From Verrucomicrobiota bacterium (lineage in GTDB: Bacteria > Verrucomicrobiota > Verrucomicrobiia > Limisphaerales > UBA11358), in the NCBI GenBank assembly GCA_050015635.1, contig JBEKBA010000008.1:15091-79090 (forward strand): a stretch of DNA of 64,000 nt, in the 5' to 3' direction. The position numbers and the translations under genes were made by a program. Below, piece after piece: positions 52,201-61,615 of the stretch; the first letter of the stretch is position 1; each line of letters begins with the position of its first letter. The notes under the pieces are model-generated. The model worked only from the letters and a program-made list of their open reading frames with translations. It did no database searches and was not told the origin of the DNA.

Positions 52201-55200
52201 AGCCGGCCATAAAGTTGCGCTTCAACCTCGGTCGTGTTCAAATGGCGCAACATGATCAAGCCATGCGTCCAGGCCAATTCAAAACAACGGTCGGCGATGG
52301 TTTGATCCTGATATTTTTCGACGAGGCCCAGAATTTCTTCACGCGTCGGAGCGATGCCGGAAACTAGGGTGACCGTGGCGCTTTCCTTCGGTTCGAGCCG
52401 GAGGGTGCGACGGATGGACGCAATCGGGTCGAGCACCGAACCTTCGCTATTCGACAGCGGCGAAAAAATTTTCAACGCGGCGGGGGAGGTCAGGTTTCCG
52501 CCGCGGCCAATAAATTGCGCGCGGTCGGTTTCAAATGAAACCGTTCCGATTTCGTTGCCGTGAACCAGCAGCAAGTGACCAATCCACGGTAATTTTTCGT
52601 GCGCTGAGCGAGGCCGGCGGGAACAAAGAATGGCGTTTTGCTGTGGAACAATTTGCGTTTGAATAAACAGATTACTGAAGGCCGGATGCGCCAGATCCGC
52701 CGCGGCCGCGTTCAAAACAATTTCCGCGTAGCTGGTGACTTCAATGATGCGTGTCTCATCAGAATGATTGGTGAACGTGATGCGACGAACTTCCACGTCG
52801 TTCTCAGGCGAAACCGCGATCTCGGTGTATGTGCCAATCTCGTGCAGGCGCGAGCGAAATTCCGCGCGTCCCTGGCTGAAGATGGCCTCATAACCGGACC
52901 TGGTTTCCAAGGTGGGTTGATGCGTGGGCGACCAGAATGCGCCGCTGTCCACATCGCGCAGATAAAAAAATGTTCCCCAGCAATCGCGCGTCGCATCTTC
53001 GCGCCAGCGCGTCAGCGCAGTGTCGTTCCAGCGGCTGTAGCCGCCGCCGGTGTTCGTGACCATCACGTGATAACAGCCATTAGAAAGCAGATGAACTTCG
53101 GGCGGCCCGACATTCGGATTGGTGAACACGCGCATCGTGGCTTCGACCACCGCCGCCGATTCGCGTTCCCGGCTGGCTTCAAGTTCATGCGGATAAAGGA
53201 CGGAGGTTTCACGCGGCACGCGCTCATGCAGCAACAGTTCGGCGGATTTGAACAACGGGTTGGCGTTGAAGCGCCGTTGCATGGGACGATCCAGCAGGAT
53301 GTAAGCGAGCGAAAGCAAACTCATGCCTTGATGATGCGCCATGAAAGAACGGACGATGGCGTGTGTCTGGCCGTTCGGCACACGCGCAACGGTGTAATCC
53401 AGTGCTTCGTAAAAACCGAATCTACCCCCGGCTCTTTCATGACGAAGCTCTCTGAGGTTTTTGCAGGATTCTTCCGGCGCGACCATCAACGCCATGACCG
53501 TCGCGTAGGGAGCAATGACAACGTCATGAGCCAGACCGCGTTTGAAGCCCAGGCCCGGCACGCCAAAGGCGCGATACTGATAATTGGCATCGGTGTCCCG
53601 CAAATTGTAGCCCGATTCCGATATGCCCCAGGGAACCTTGATCTGTTTGCCGTATTGAATTTGCCGCGCCACGGCGGATTTGCAGGAAAGATCAAGGAGG
53701 GTGTTTTCATAACTGGGCATGACCAGCATCGGCATGAGATATTCGAACATCGAACCGCTCCACGAAATCAGCGTCGGCTTGCCGCCGGCCGAAGTCAGCG
53801 AACGTCCCAACCTGAACCAATGGTTTTGCCCCACCTGTCCCAGGGCGATGGCCACGTAACTCGTCAGCCGCGCTTCGGAAGCCAGCAAATCGTAGCAACT
53901 CGTGTCGAGGCGATGCTGGCTAACGTTGTAACCGATGGAAAAAAGTTCGCGCGCCGGGTCATACAAAATCGTGAAATCCATGCGCGCCAGTTCGTCGCAG
54001 CGGTGCGCCAAATCTTCCAATTCGTTCAGAGTTGCCAGCGCTTTTTGTCCGGCCGCATCCAGCCGGGAACGCAAGTCAGACAACAGGCCTGCCAGTTCTG
54101 CGCTTTCAGGAGAACTGTGCGCGGCGTCGAGCAGTTCATCCAGTTTCATCAGCCAGTTTTCCGTTTCACCGGCGAGACCGCGCACGCTCATCGGCGCGTT
54201 AAGCTGCTCCCAGAATTTTTTCAATTCCTGCGCCAACTCCGGCTTCAAATGGACCTGGAGGGGTTCATGCAAATGCAGCCACGGAAATCCGGCGAGAATT
54301 TCCTCGCGCTGTTCCCGGCAGCTTTGTTCAAAAATCCGCCGCCAGGTTTCAAACTCATGGTTCGATTCATTTTTCGCACCGGCCGGTTTCACTGCGGCAT
54401 CAATCAACTGGTCGAGCATTTGAACCGTTTCCGCCGGCGACCTGGACATTCCAGCCAGTAATTTTCCCAGCGCTTCCAAATTCGCCGTGGATCCCACATT
54501 GCGCGACTGCTCTTTCAGGACGCCGAGTGTATCACGAAGTCCGGCGATGATTCTGGCGGCGCTCCAATCCTGATCCGCCAGTTCGAGCAATCCTGAATGA
54601 AGGGTCAGCAGCAGGCCGGCGAGGTTGCCGTTGTCCACGGTGGAAATATAAAGCGGCACCAGCGGCTTGAGTGTGTGCGTATCGTACCAGTTGTAAAAAT
54701 GTCCGCGATAACGCTCCAGCTTTTCCACGGTCTCCAGCGTATGCGCCAGGCGTCCCGTCAGGCCGCGCAATGTAACATAGCCAAAATCATGCGCAGCCAG
54801 GGCGCTCAACAGGGAGAGGCCGATGTTGGTGGGCGACGTGCGGGTCGCAATGACGGCGCGCGGATACTCCTGAAAATTATCCGGCGGCAGCCAGTGCTCT
54901 TCGGCGCTGGCAAACGTTTCAAAAAAATTCCACGTCTTGCGCGCCAATTTGCGGAGCTGGTGAATTTGCTCCGTTGAAAATTCAACGCGCTTTTCTTCGA
55001 TGGGCAGGCTGATCCACCAAGCAATCGCCGGTGAAACCACCCACAGCGCGAGAAAGCCAAGGATGATCGACGAGGGCGGATTGCCGAGGAAAAAAAACAG
55101 GGCGGATGCGCCCAGGGCCAGCGCCGGCGCACAACCCATCGCGGCATAGAAATTGTGTAAATTGTGATTGTCGTCACATTCATTGTCGCCGGCCGTTTGC

Positions 55201-57983
55201 CATTCCAGCAGATGACGGCGCGTGAAAATCAACCGCCACAGTGTGCGCGTCACGGCATCCAAACTGATGACGGTATCATAGGGAAGAAATGCCACCGTCA
55301 AAATCGCCTGTCCCGCCTGACGGGCCAGAGTTTGGCCTACATTTTTCAGATGCAGGTAAAACGGCAGGTCTTTCGGCTTGCGCAAAAATTCCGTCAACAC
55401 CGCCAGCAGCGAAGGCAGCACAATGATGGACAAAATCAATAATCCCCAGGCACCGGCGTCTTTGGGAAAAAGTATCCAGCCCAGCATGAGTAGAAACACC
55501 AGCGCAAAAGGAACCAGGCTTCGTCGCAAATTGTCGAAGATTTTCCAGCGCGATAATCCCGACAGTGGATTTTGCACACGCCTCATGTCCAGTCCGGGCA
55601 GGCGCGGCAGCAGCCACGCCGCGATCTGCCAGTCGCCGCGCATCCAGCGGTGACGCCGCCGCGTGTCGGCGCTGTAGCGCGAGGGAAATTCCTCAAACAG
55701 TTGCACATCGCTAACCAGCGCCGAGCGCGCGTAAGTGCCTTCCAACAGGTCGTGGCTTAAAATCCGGTTTTCCGGAAATTTTCCGCCGACCGCGCGTTCA
55801 AATGCGTCCACATCGTAAATGCCTTTGCCGATGAACGAGCCTTCGTGGAAAACGTCCTGATAAACATCCGAGACCGTTCGCGTGTAGGGATCAATCCCCG
55901 GATCGCCGCAAAATAATTTCACAAACCGCGACCGCCCGGCGCTCGGCAGGCTGACGGCGACACGCGGTTGTAAAATCGTGTAGCCTTCGACAATCAATCC
56001 TTTTTCCATGTCGTAAATGGGGCGGTTCAGTGGATGCGCCATCGTCGCCGCCAGTTGCCGCGCCGCGTCGCGCGGAAGCTGCGTGTCAGTATCGAGCGTG
56101 ATGACATATTTGATGCGGGGCAACGCCGCGAGGTCGCCGACGATCTGCAGGAAACATTCCACGCCACCACCGCGCAAACAGTGGTTTAAATCGGCAAGCT
56201 TGCCGCGTTTGCGCTCGTAACCCATCCAGATTCTCTCCGGTTCATTCCAGCGACGCGGACGTTGAAAAAAATAAAAAATGCAAGGCCGGTCACTTTTGTA
56301 TTTTTGGTTCAATGCCCGAATGCCTTCGCCGGCGTGCCGCAACAATTCGTCATCGCCAGGCTGGTGTTCTTCCGGCGCATCGCAAAAGTCGGTCAGCAGC
56401 GCGAAGAAGACATTGTCGTCGCAATTGGCCAAATACCGGACTTCGAGCGCTTCCAGCAGGGTTTCGACGCCGCGCATGCTGGCCAGCATCGTGGGCACAA
56501 CCACCAGTGTGGCATGCGCCGGCGGAATACGTTTGGAAAAATCCAGGCGCGGCAAGGGAGTTGGTTTGACGAAAATGGTGACGAACCAGTTCACCAGCGA
56601 TACGCCCAACTGGCTGGTGCAAAACAATGCCAGCAGCACCAGCAGACCGAGCATCCATTCCGGTATTTCCATCGCCGCCGCGCGCTGCAACAGTGGAATG
56701 GTCACAGCCAGAGTCACGGCGAGAATACCGCCGAGATAAAATGTGAGCGGAAATTTCCGGGCGATTCGCGGAAGGACACTGCGGATGGGAATCCTCATTT
56801 CCGCGGCGTGTTCCAAAATTCTCACTCCCTTGCCGGAAAGAAAAAAACCGACGTGCGCCAGACGGTCGTCGGGATGGCTGGCATTTTTTTGCGCCAGACC
56901 AACGGCCAGAGCCGCCACTTCAAATTCGGTTTTGTGACTGTGGCGGGCGATGCGTTCCACGGTGTGCCGGTAAAGATCGCGCGTCGTAAAATCCATTTGC
57001 GCATAAACCCCGGCCGGATCGGTGCGCAAAGTTTGTTCCACCACGCTTTGGCCTTCCACGAATTCCTGCCAGTCCATCGTGTCGAGAAAACGCAGGCTGC
57101 CGATGCAATTGCCCACCGAAACCTGGGTGGCCGCCTGATACTGGCTTTCACTTTGAACCAACTGTCCAACCGTCAGGCCATCCTCGGCCAAGCGTTCTTC
57201 AATCCAGCCCACCGCGAGTTTTACCGACGGTGATTTTTCCTGGATGCGCCGCAAAAATTCCGTCACGAATCCCCGGTTCAAGGATGGCTGGGATTTCGCC
57301 ATTTCACCCACAACCACAATCAAATGAGAGGAATTTTTTTCCGCCACCTGCAAAATTTGATCGGCCCAGTTTCCCGCCGAATCACGATCTTTTCGCACCG
57401 TGTTCATCTGGGCCGCCACCCGCCGCAAATTTTCAATTAAGGCCAGCCGGAGCATGATGGGAATCGCCCACAGTTCGCCCAGCTTCAACGGAACAATTTC
57501 CTGATAACCCGCCACGAAACTCGTCAGGTGTGTGGCGTCAATCCGCCCATCCGTGTGGGAAACGATTTGCAGGGCGATCTCATAAACGCGTGGGAAATCC
57601 GTCCATGGCCCATTAAGCAATTGCGGCAGTTGCCGGTTGAAACCGCGCGGCAGGTGACGCTGCGCCGTGCGGATTTGCTCCTCAATCAAATGAAAATTGT
57701 CCAGCAACCATTCCGCGGCCGGGGTAATGTGCCGCGTCTTCTCCACATGCAGGGTCCGCTCATTGTAATCGCGCAGGATTTTTTCATTGGTCGCCAATCG
57801 GGGAAGCAGCAGATTCGGTCCGCTGCCGTTTTTCACCCGGCGATTCTGCGCCAGGTTGCGCGCGGATTGTTTGAGCAAATCAAGGCTCAATAATTCACCG
57901 CGTAACGGTTGTTCGTCAATCAACACCTCCGGCGTTTCATTTTGTCTTGTTCGATTATGAATTGGAATTTGTTTCAGATTCAT
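49272..57983 (-). CDS. ndvB: Cyclic beta-1,2-glucan synthase (NdvB/ChvB/Cgs-type: TM + GT84 glycosyltransferase + GH94 phosphorylase)
   Basis: A single 2903-aa ORF. The N-terminal third has TM segments and a GT domain (ITLDTDTQLPRDAA, RRHRWMRGDWQ = the QxxRW-like motif). The C-terminal ~1000 aa are cellobiose/chitobiose-phosphorylase-like (GFRDQLQD..., GGQYTHAAVW). Size and order match Cgs/NdvB. Confidence 0.88.
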   Translation of the reverse strand: MNLKQIPIHNRTRQNETPEVLIDEQPLRGELLSLDLLKQSARNLAQNRRVKNGSGPNLLLPRLATNEKILRDYNERTLHVEKTRHITPAAEWLLDNFHLIEEQIRTAQRHLPRGFNRQLPQLLNGPWTDFPRVYEIALQIVSHTDGRIDATHLTSFVAGYQEIVPLKLGELWAIPIMLRLALIENLRRVAAQMNTVRKDRDSAGNWADQILQVAEKNSSHLIVVVGEMAKSQPSLNRGFVTEFLRRIQEKSPSVKLAVGWIEERLAEDGLTVGQLVQSESQYQAATQVSVGNCIGSLRFLDTMDWQEFVEGQSVVEQTLRTDPAGVYAQMDFTTRDLYRHTVERIARHSHKTEFEVAALAVGLAQKNASHPDDRLAHVGFFLSGKGVRILEHAAEMRIPIRSVLPRIARKFPLTFYLGGILAVTLAVTIPLLQRAAAMEIPEWMLGLLVLLALFCTSQLGVSLVNWFVTIFVKPTPLPRLDFSKRIPPAHATLVVVPTMLASMRGVETLLEALEVRYLANCDDNVFFALLTDFCDAPEEHQPGDDELLRHAGEGIRALNQKYKSDRPCIFYFFQRPRRWNEPERIWMGYERKRGKLADLNHCLRGGGVECFLQIVGDLAALPRIKYVITLDTDTQLPRDAARQLAATMAHPLNRPIYDMEKGLIVEGYTILQPRVAVSLPSAGRSRFVKLFCGDPGIDPYTRTVSDVYQDVFHEGSFIGKGIYDVDAFERAVGGKFPENRILSHDLLEGTYARSALVSDVQLFEEFPSRYSADTRRRHRWMRGDWQIAAWLLPRLPGLDMRRVQNPLSGLSRWKIFDNLRRSLVPFALVFLLMLGWILFPKDAGAWGLLILSIIVLPSLLAVLTEFLRKPKDLPFYLHLKNVGQTLARQAGQAILTVAFLPYDTVISLDAVTRTLWRLIFTRRHLLEWQTAGDNECDDNHNLHNFYAAMGCAPALALGASALFFFLGNPPSSIILGFLALWVVSPAIAWWISLPIEEKRVEFSTEQIHQLRKLARKTWNFFETFASAEEHWLPPDNFQEYPRAVIATRTSPTNIGLSLLSALAAHDFGYVTLRGLTGRLAHTLETVEKLERYRGHFYNWYDTHTLKPLVPLYISTVDNGNLAGLLLTLHSGLLELADQDWSAARIIAGLRDTLGVLKEQSRNVGSTANLEALGKLLAGMSRSPAETVQMLDQLIDAAVKPAGAKNESNHEFETWRRIFEQSCREQREEILAGFPWLHLHEPLQVHLKPELAQELKKFWEQLNAPMSVRGLAGETENWLMKLDELLDAAHSSPESAELAGLLSDLRSRLDAAGQKALATLNELEDLAHRCDELARMDFTILYDPARELFSIGYNVSQHRLDTSCYDLLASEARLTSYVAIALGQVGQNHWFRLGRSLTSAGGKPTLISWSGSMFEYLMPMLVMPSYENTLLDLSCKSAVARQIQYGKQIKVPWGISESGYNLRDTDANYQYRAFGVPGLGFKRGLAHDVVIAPYATVMALMVAPEESCKNLRELRHERAGGRFGFYEALDYTVARVPNGQTHAIVRSFMAHHQGMSLLSLAYILLDRPMQRRFNANPLFKSAELLLHERVPRETSVLYPHELEASRERESAAVVEATMRVFTNPNVGPPEVHLLSNGCYHVMVTNTGGGYSRWNDTALTRWREDATRDCWGTFFYLRDVDSGAFWSPTHQPTLETRSGYEAIFSQGRAEFRSRLHEIGTYTEIAVSPENDVEVRRITFTNHSDETRIIEVTSYAEIVLNAAAADLAHPAFSNLFIQTQIVPQQNAILCSRRPRSAHEKLPWIGHLLLVHGNEIGTVSFETDRAQFIGRGGNLTSPAALKIFSPLSNSEGSVLDPIASIRRTLRLEPKESATVTLVSGIAPTREEILGLVEKYQDQTIADRCFELAWTHGLIMLRHLNTTEVEAQLYGRLAGALLYNQAVRRASPGVLARNQRGQRNLWSFGISGDLPILLLYATNVDLVDLVRQIVQAHAYWRLKGLAVDLVILNEDDSVYRQALHDQILNLVAANSGTQLIDKPGGIFLRRVDQFSPEDKILLETAARIVLHDDKGTLLEQLQRRSRPEPLPPALRIRSRPEIQTPIELPGRKLVFFNGLGGFTADGREYVITVLPGATTPAPWVNVLGNPNFGTLISESGGSYTWSENCHEFRLTPWNNDAVTDASGEAFYIRDEQTGQFWSPTPLPARGESPYVVRHGFGYSVFEHTQDGISSELWIYVSINEPVKFAVLKLRNNSDRRRRLSLTGYWEWVLGESRQKSAMHIATEIDPQTSALFARNPYNTDFEGRVAFAASSELARSYTADRTEFFGRNGTPAQPAALRRTRLSGKIGAGLDPCAVLQVQMELEPGQEREIAFILGAGQNLEAARDLARRFQNLQTCREELQKVWDFWGHILSAVHVETPEPALNLLANGWLLYQTISCRLWARTGFYQSGGAFGFRDQLQDSMALVHARPELLRDQLLRAAAHQFREGDVQHWWHPPSGRGVRTHFSDDYLWLPYATCRYVETTGDTGVLDENIFFLEGRAVKLEEEAYYDLPDRSAESGRLYEHCVRAIKNGLKFGAHGLPLMGCGDWNDGMNLVGERGKGESVWLAFFLYDVLKHFSILAKQRGDGAFAQQCEEQSAALRDNIENNAWDGQWYRRAYFDNGDPLGSSSNPECQIDSLPQSWSVISGAGSQDRVRTALDSVTHRLVRREARLIELFDPPFDKSPMEPGYIKGYVPGVRENGGQYTHAAVWTVMAFALAGETARAWELFKFINPILHAREPKDVARYKAEPYVTAADVYSVSSHTGRGGWTWYTGSAGWMYRLILETFLGVELAVDELRFTPKAPLDWKSFKLDYRHRETVYHITCINASGTWKVPPKIFLDGMEQSGAALKLADDRREHFVEVKFQL

Positions 57984-58504
57984 TATGGCTGCGCGTTATT
58001 CCTGCAATGGAAGCTGGTGTTGCAGACCACTTTAGGACTCGAAAGCAGTGATAACCTTGATAGATGCCAAAGACAATGGGGTGAACACCCCATGGACTTT
58101 AAAATGAACCATGCCATGCGATCGAGGGCATATGAAATGTCATGCGTAAAGCTGTCACTCATTCCCGACATCATGAAATTTATTTTGCATACAGCGTGCC
58201 ATTGGGAACCAACAGAGATGCAAGCTGTGGCAGGAGCCGTCATGCGGGTGAGCTTTGCGAAATTACAATTTTAAGGTTCATCAACTTTGCAAACTGCACG
58301 TTGCTTTAAAAAATTGCTGCAAACTGACCATGCCGATTTTATTTGTGTGCGGGTTGTCTGCACCCTCCCTGCAATGGTTCTGCAATGCCGTTGCAGGTTG
58401 ATTCCGAAGCAGCTTCACGTTACCTCACGGCCTGAACGAAGGCAGTTGAATCGCACCCGCATTTCCCGCTTTTGTCAATGCGCCGGGTCGTTTAAATTCA
58501 ACGC

Positions 58505-61123
58505 ATGGTTTTTTTGTGCCGGTGGTTTTTAATTTTTTCCGCATTGGTTTTGAGCGGCACACCGATTTTTGCCGCCAGCGCGCGGGAAGATCGCGCTTAC
58601 ACCGCCGCCGCGAGCGCGTTTCAGGATGCGATGTGGAGCCGCGCGGAAACAGAGTTCGCCCAGTTCGTCGCCAAATACCCAAAATCCACCAATGCGACGG
58701 TAGCTGTGCTGCTACAGGCACAGGCGGAATTCAAACAGGGAAAATTCGCGGAGACCATCATACTGCTTTCGACGCGAAAAACGGAAGCCGGAAAATTCGC
58801 CGACCAGTACGATTATTGGATCGGCGAGTCGCAATTTCAAAATGGCGATTTTTCCACGGCGGCGGAAACTTTCATTTCACTGGTGCAAAATTTCCCTGAA
58901 TCGCCATTGCGACTACGCGCCGTGGTGGAGGCGGCAGCGGCGCGCGCGCAACTCAACCAGTGGCCGCAGGTCGGCGCGTTACTGGGAGAGCCGGGCGATG
59001 TATTTTCCCGCGCGGCGCAAATGGATTCGGCGAGCGAACTGGTTGTGCGCGGGCGATTGCTGCTGGCGCAGGCAAAATTCGCACAAAAAGATTTCAACGG
59101 CGCGGCGGCAATTCTGCAATTGCTGGCCACGCAACCGTTGAAAATGGAACTGGACTGGCAGCGCGCCTATTTGCTTTGCCAGGTGAAACTCGCGGCGGGT
59201 GACCTGCATGCAGCGCTGGCGGTCACGACAAACCTACTCCAGATCGCGCCGAGCGAAAAAGACGACTGGCGCGCCGAAAGCAGGGCATTGCGCGCGGAGG
59301 CGCTGGAAAAATTAAGTCGCACAAACGAAGCCATTGCTGTTTATCAAGAAAATCTCACAAAAAACGTGCCGGAAGAACAGCAACGGCAGGCAATTTTAAA
59401 AATCGCGGAGTTGTCCATTATGCAAAAGCAATTTGCGAACGCGGAGTCGTCGTTGCAACAATTTCTCGCGGATTTTTCCAATTCGCCGGCGGCAGATGTC
59501 GCGCTGCTGACGCTGGGCGAATTGCATTTGAAGGATTACGCCGCGCAGCCGGCGGCGACGAATCATTTGCAGCAGGCGTCCGCGCTGTTCAGCCAACTTC
59601 TCGGCGCGTTCCCGAACAGCCCGTTCGCGGGCAGGGCGCATTTGGATCGCGGCTGGTGTTATTGGCTGGCGGAAAAAATCCCCGAAAGCCTCGATGATTT
59701 CAGGGCGGCGGCGCAAAAATTGCCGCCGTCGGAGGATTTAGCGGTGGCGCGTTTTAAAATCGGCGATGCGCTGTTCGTGCAAAAAGATTTTGCCGGCGCG
59801 CTGAAAAATTACCGCGCGGTACTCGATGGCTTCACAAATTTTCCGGCCGTTGGAAAAATGCTTGGCGACCTCGCATTGTATCAAGTTTTGCGCGCGTGTC
59901 TGGAGCTGAAAGACATGGCTGGCGCGAACACCGCGCTGGCGCAGATCTTGAAATTTTATCCCACGAGTGATCTGGTCGACAACAGTCTGCTGCTCGTCGG
60001 TGAAAGCCAGACGGATTTGAACCAGCCCGCCGCAGCACGGGCGTTGTTTCAAGATTTTGAAAAGCAATCTCCCGATTCGGAACTTCGCCCACAGGTGGAG
60101 ATGGCCATTGCACGCACCTATGAGCAGGAAAAAAACTGGCCTGCCGCCATCGGACAATACGAAGGCTGGCTGAAGCTTTTCCCGACCAACTCGCTTCGTC
60201 CGCAGGTGAATTACGCGCAGGCGTGGGCGAATTTTCAGGCAGGCAACGAGACGAATGCGTTCGTGCTGTTCACAAATTTCGTCGCACAGTTTCCGACGAA
60301 TGATGAACTCGCGCCGCTCGCGCAATGGTGGGTGGCCGATCATTTTTACCGCGCCAGTGATTTCGTGAACGCGGAAAGAAATTACAAATTCATTTTTCAA
60401 AACACAAACTGGCAAAGCTCCCCGCTGATTTATCCGGCGCAGATGATGGCCGGACGCGCCGCGGTCGGGTGGTTCGGTTTTCAAGATGCCATCGGATATT
60501 TCATGGGGTTGGTGGACGACACGAATTGTCCACCGGATCTTAACGCGCAGGCGCGCTTTGCCTGGGGCGGTGCGCTGATGCAGATGAATTCATCCGATAT
60601 GAATAATCCGCTGGCGAATTTTCAACTGGCCACGAACGTGTTCGCCCAGATTGTTCAAATGTATCCGACGAATGAATTGAGCGCGCTTGCATGGGGCGAA
60701 ATCGGCGACTGTGATCTGCAACTGACCAATTACGACAGCGCGACAAATGCCTATGCGCAAGCCGTCAATTCGCCGTTTGCAAATATTGCCGCGCGAAGCC
60801 AGGCGCAAATCGGCTGGGGAATTGCGCTGGAAAAAGAAGCGGCGTTGATGACCGGTACCGACCAGACCAATCTGCTTCAAATGGCTTTGAATCATTATCT
60901 CGATGTGCTCTACGGAAAAAATCTGCGCGACGGCGAAACACCCGATGCGTTTTGGACGGAGAAAGCCGGCTTGCAGGCCGCCGCGCTGGCTGAAACTCTC
61001 GACGAATGGCTGCAGGCGGTGAACGTCTATCAACGTCTCGAAGCGTTGCTGCCACAGTTGAAGGATTCGCTGAAAAGGAAAATCGCCGCCGCGCAGGAAA
61101 ATTTCCCGCCGTCAAAAAACTGA
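58505..61123 (+). CDS. Large secreted TPR-repeat protein
   Basis: Signal peptide, then about 20 YbgF/TPR-like repeats (F..G.F..A...F..F...YP.S). 872 aa. Confidence 0.8.
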   Translation: MVFLCRWFLIFSALVLSGTPIFAASAREDRAYTAAASAFQDAMWSRAETEFAQFVAKYPKSTNATVAVLLQAQAEFKQGKFAETIILLSTRKTEAGKFADQYDYWIGESQFQNGDFSTAAETFISLVQNFPESPLRLRAVVEAAAARAQLNQWPQVGALLGEPGDVFSRAAQMDSASELVVRGRLLLAQAKFAQKDFNGAAAILQLLATQPLKMELDWQRAYLLCQVKLAAGDLHAALAVTTNLLQIAPSEKDDWRAESRALRAEALEKLSRTNEAIAVYQENLTKNVPEEQQRQAILKIAELSIMQKQFANAESSLQQFLADFSNSPAADVALLTLGELHLKDYAAQPAATNHLQQASALFSQLLGAFPNSPFAGRAHLDRGWCYWLAEKIPESLDDFRAAAQKLPPSEDLAVARFKIGDALFVQKDFAGALKNYRAVLDGFTNFPAVGKMLGDLALYQVLRACLELKDMAGANTALAQILKFYPTSDLVDNSLLLVGESQTDLNQPAAARALFQDFEKQSPDSELRPQVEMAIARTYEQEKNWPAAIGQYEGWLKLFPTNSLRPQVNYAQAWANFQAGNETNAFVLFTNFVAQFPTNDELAPLAQWWVADHFYRASDFVNAERNYKFIFQNTNWQSSPLIYPAQMMAGRAAVGWFGFQDAIGYFMGLVDDTNCPPDLNAQARFAWGGALMQMNSSDMNNPLANFQLATNVFAQIVQMYPTNELSALAWGEIGDCDLQLTNYDSATNAYAQAVNSPFANIAARSQAQIGWGIALEKEAALMTGTDQTNLLQMALNHYLDVLYGKNLRDGETPDAFWTEKAGLQAAALAETLDEWLQAVNVYQRLEALLPQLKDSLKRKIAAAQENFPPSKN

Positions 61124-61172
61124 CGTGTCGTTTGACACGCGCGCCGGGCAAGTCTAGCTTGGTTCACAAACA

Positions 61173-61520
61173 ATGAGTGAAACCGTCACCACCGAATCCG
61201 TGATTGCGCTGACGCCGAATGCAGCGGAAGAAGTGAAATCCCTTTTGTCGCAACCGGAAAATTCCGGCAAATCGCTGCGGATTTACGTCGAACAGGGCGG
61301 CTGTTCGGGAATGCAATACGGCATGGTGTTCGATGAGAAGCGCGACGGCGATTTGGTGTCCGAGCAGCGCGGCGTAAGTGTGTTCATAGATGCGATCAGC
61401 GCGCAATATCTGCATGGCACGTTGATTGATTTCAGCGAAGCATTGGTATCCGGCGGTTTCAAAATCTCCAATCCAAACGCGAAGCAAAGTTGCGGCTGTG
61501 GAAAATCCTTTGAGGCTTGA
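61173..61520 (+). CDS. Iron-sulfur cluster insertion/assembly protein (ErpA/IscA/HesB family)
   Basis: LRIYVEQGGCSGMQYGMVFDE... plus C-terminal CGCGKSF give the three conserved HesB cysteines. Confidence 0.9.
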   Translation: MSETVTTESVIALTPNAAEEVKSLLSQPENSGKSLRIYVEQGGCSGMQYGMVFDEKRDGDLVSEQRGVSVFIDAISAQYLHGTLIDFSEALVSGGFKISNPNAKQSCGCGKSFEA

Positions 61521-61553
61521 GCGAATTTGATCAACCCGATCAAGCCTGACAAC

Positions 61554-61585
61554 GCCGTTCCGTGCGATGCGGAACGGCTTTTTTT
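61554..61585 (+). terminator. Intrinsic terminator
   Basis: GCCGTTCCG-tgcgatg-CGGAACGGC followed by TTTTTTTG. Confidence 0.8.
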
Positions 61586-61615
61586 GTTTGTCACGTTTCC
61601 TTTGGCGATGCGCCT

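Noticed and set aside
52638-54461. Long antisense or alternative-frame ORFs inside well-supported genes. Examples: 607 aa at 52638-54461 (+) inside ndvB; 463 aa at 41236-42627 (+) inside typA; 416 aa at 43066-44316 (+); 330 aa at 30507-31499 (-); 314 aa at 35022-35966 (+); 273 aa at 37492-38313 (+).
   Set aside because: Each lies opposite to, or out of frame with, a gene carrying clear family motifs. The translations are R/G/A/P-rich low-complexity strings typical of shadow ORFs in high-GC DNA, and none shows a recognisable motif.
57909-58274. 121-aa (+) and 86-aa (-) ORFs in the ndvB/TPR divergent spacer, and small ORFs at 36089-36274, 47338-47574 and 42635-43178.
   Set aside because: They overlap each other on opposite strands in intergenic or repeat DNA, lack start context and motifs, and have odd composition. 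They are treated as non-coding.
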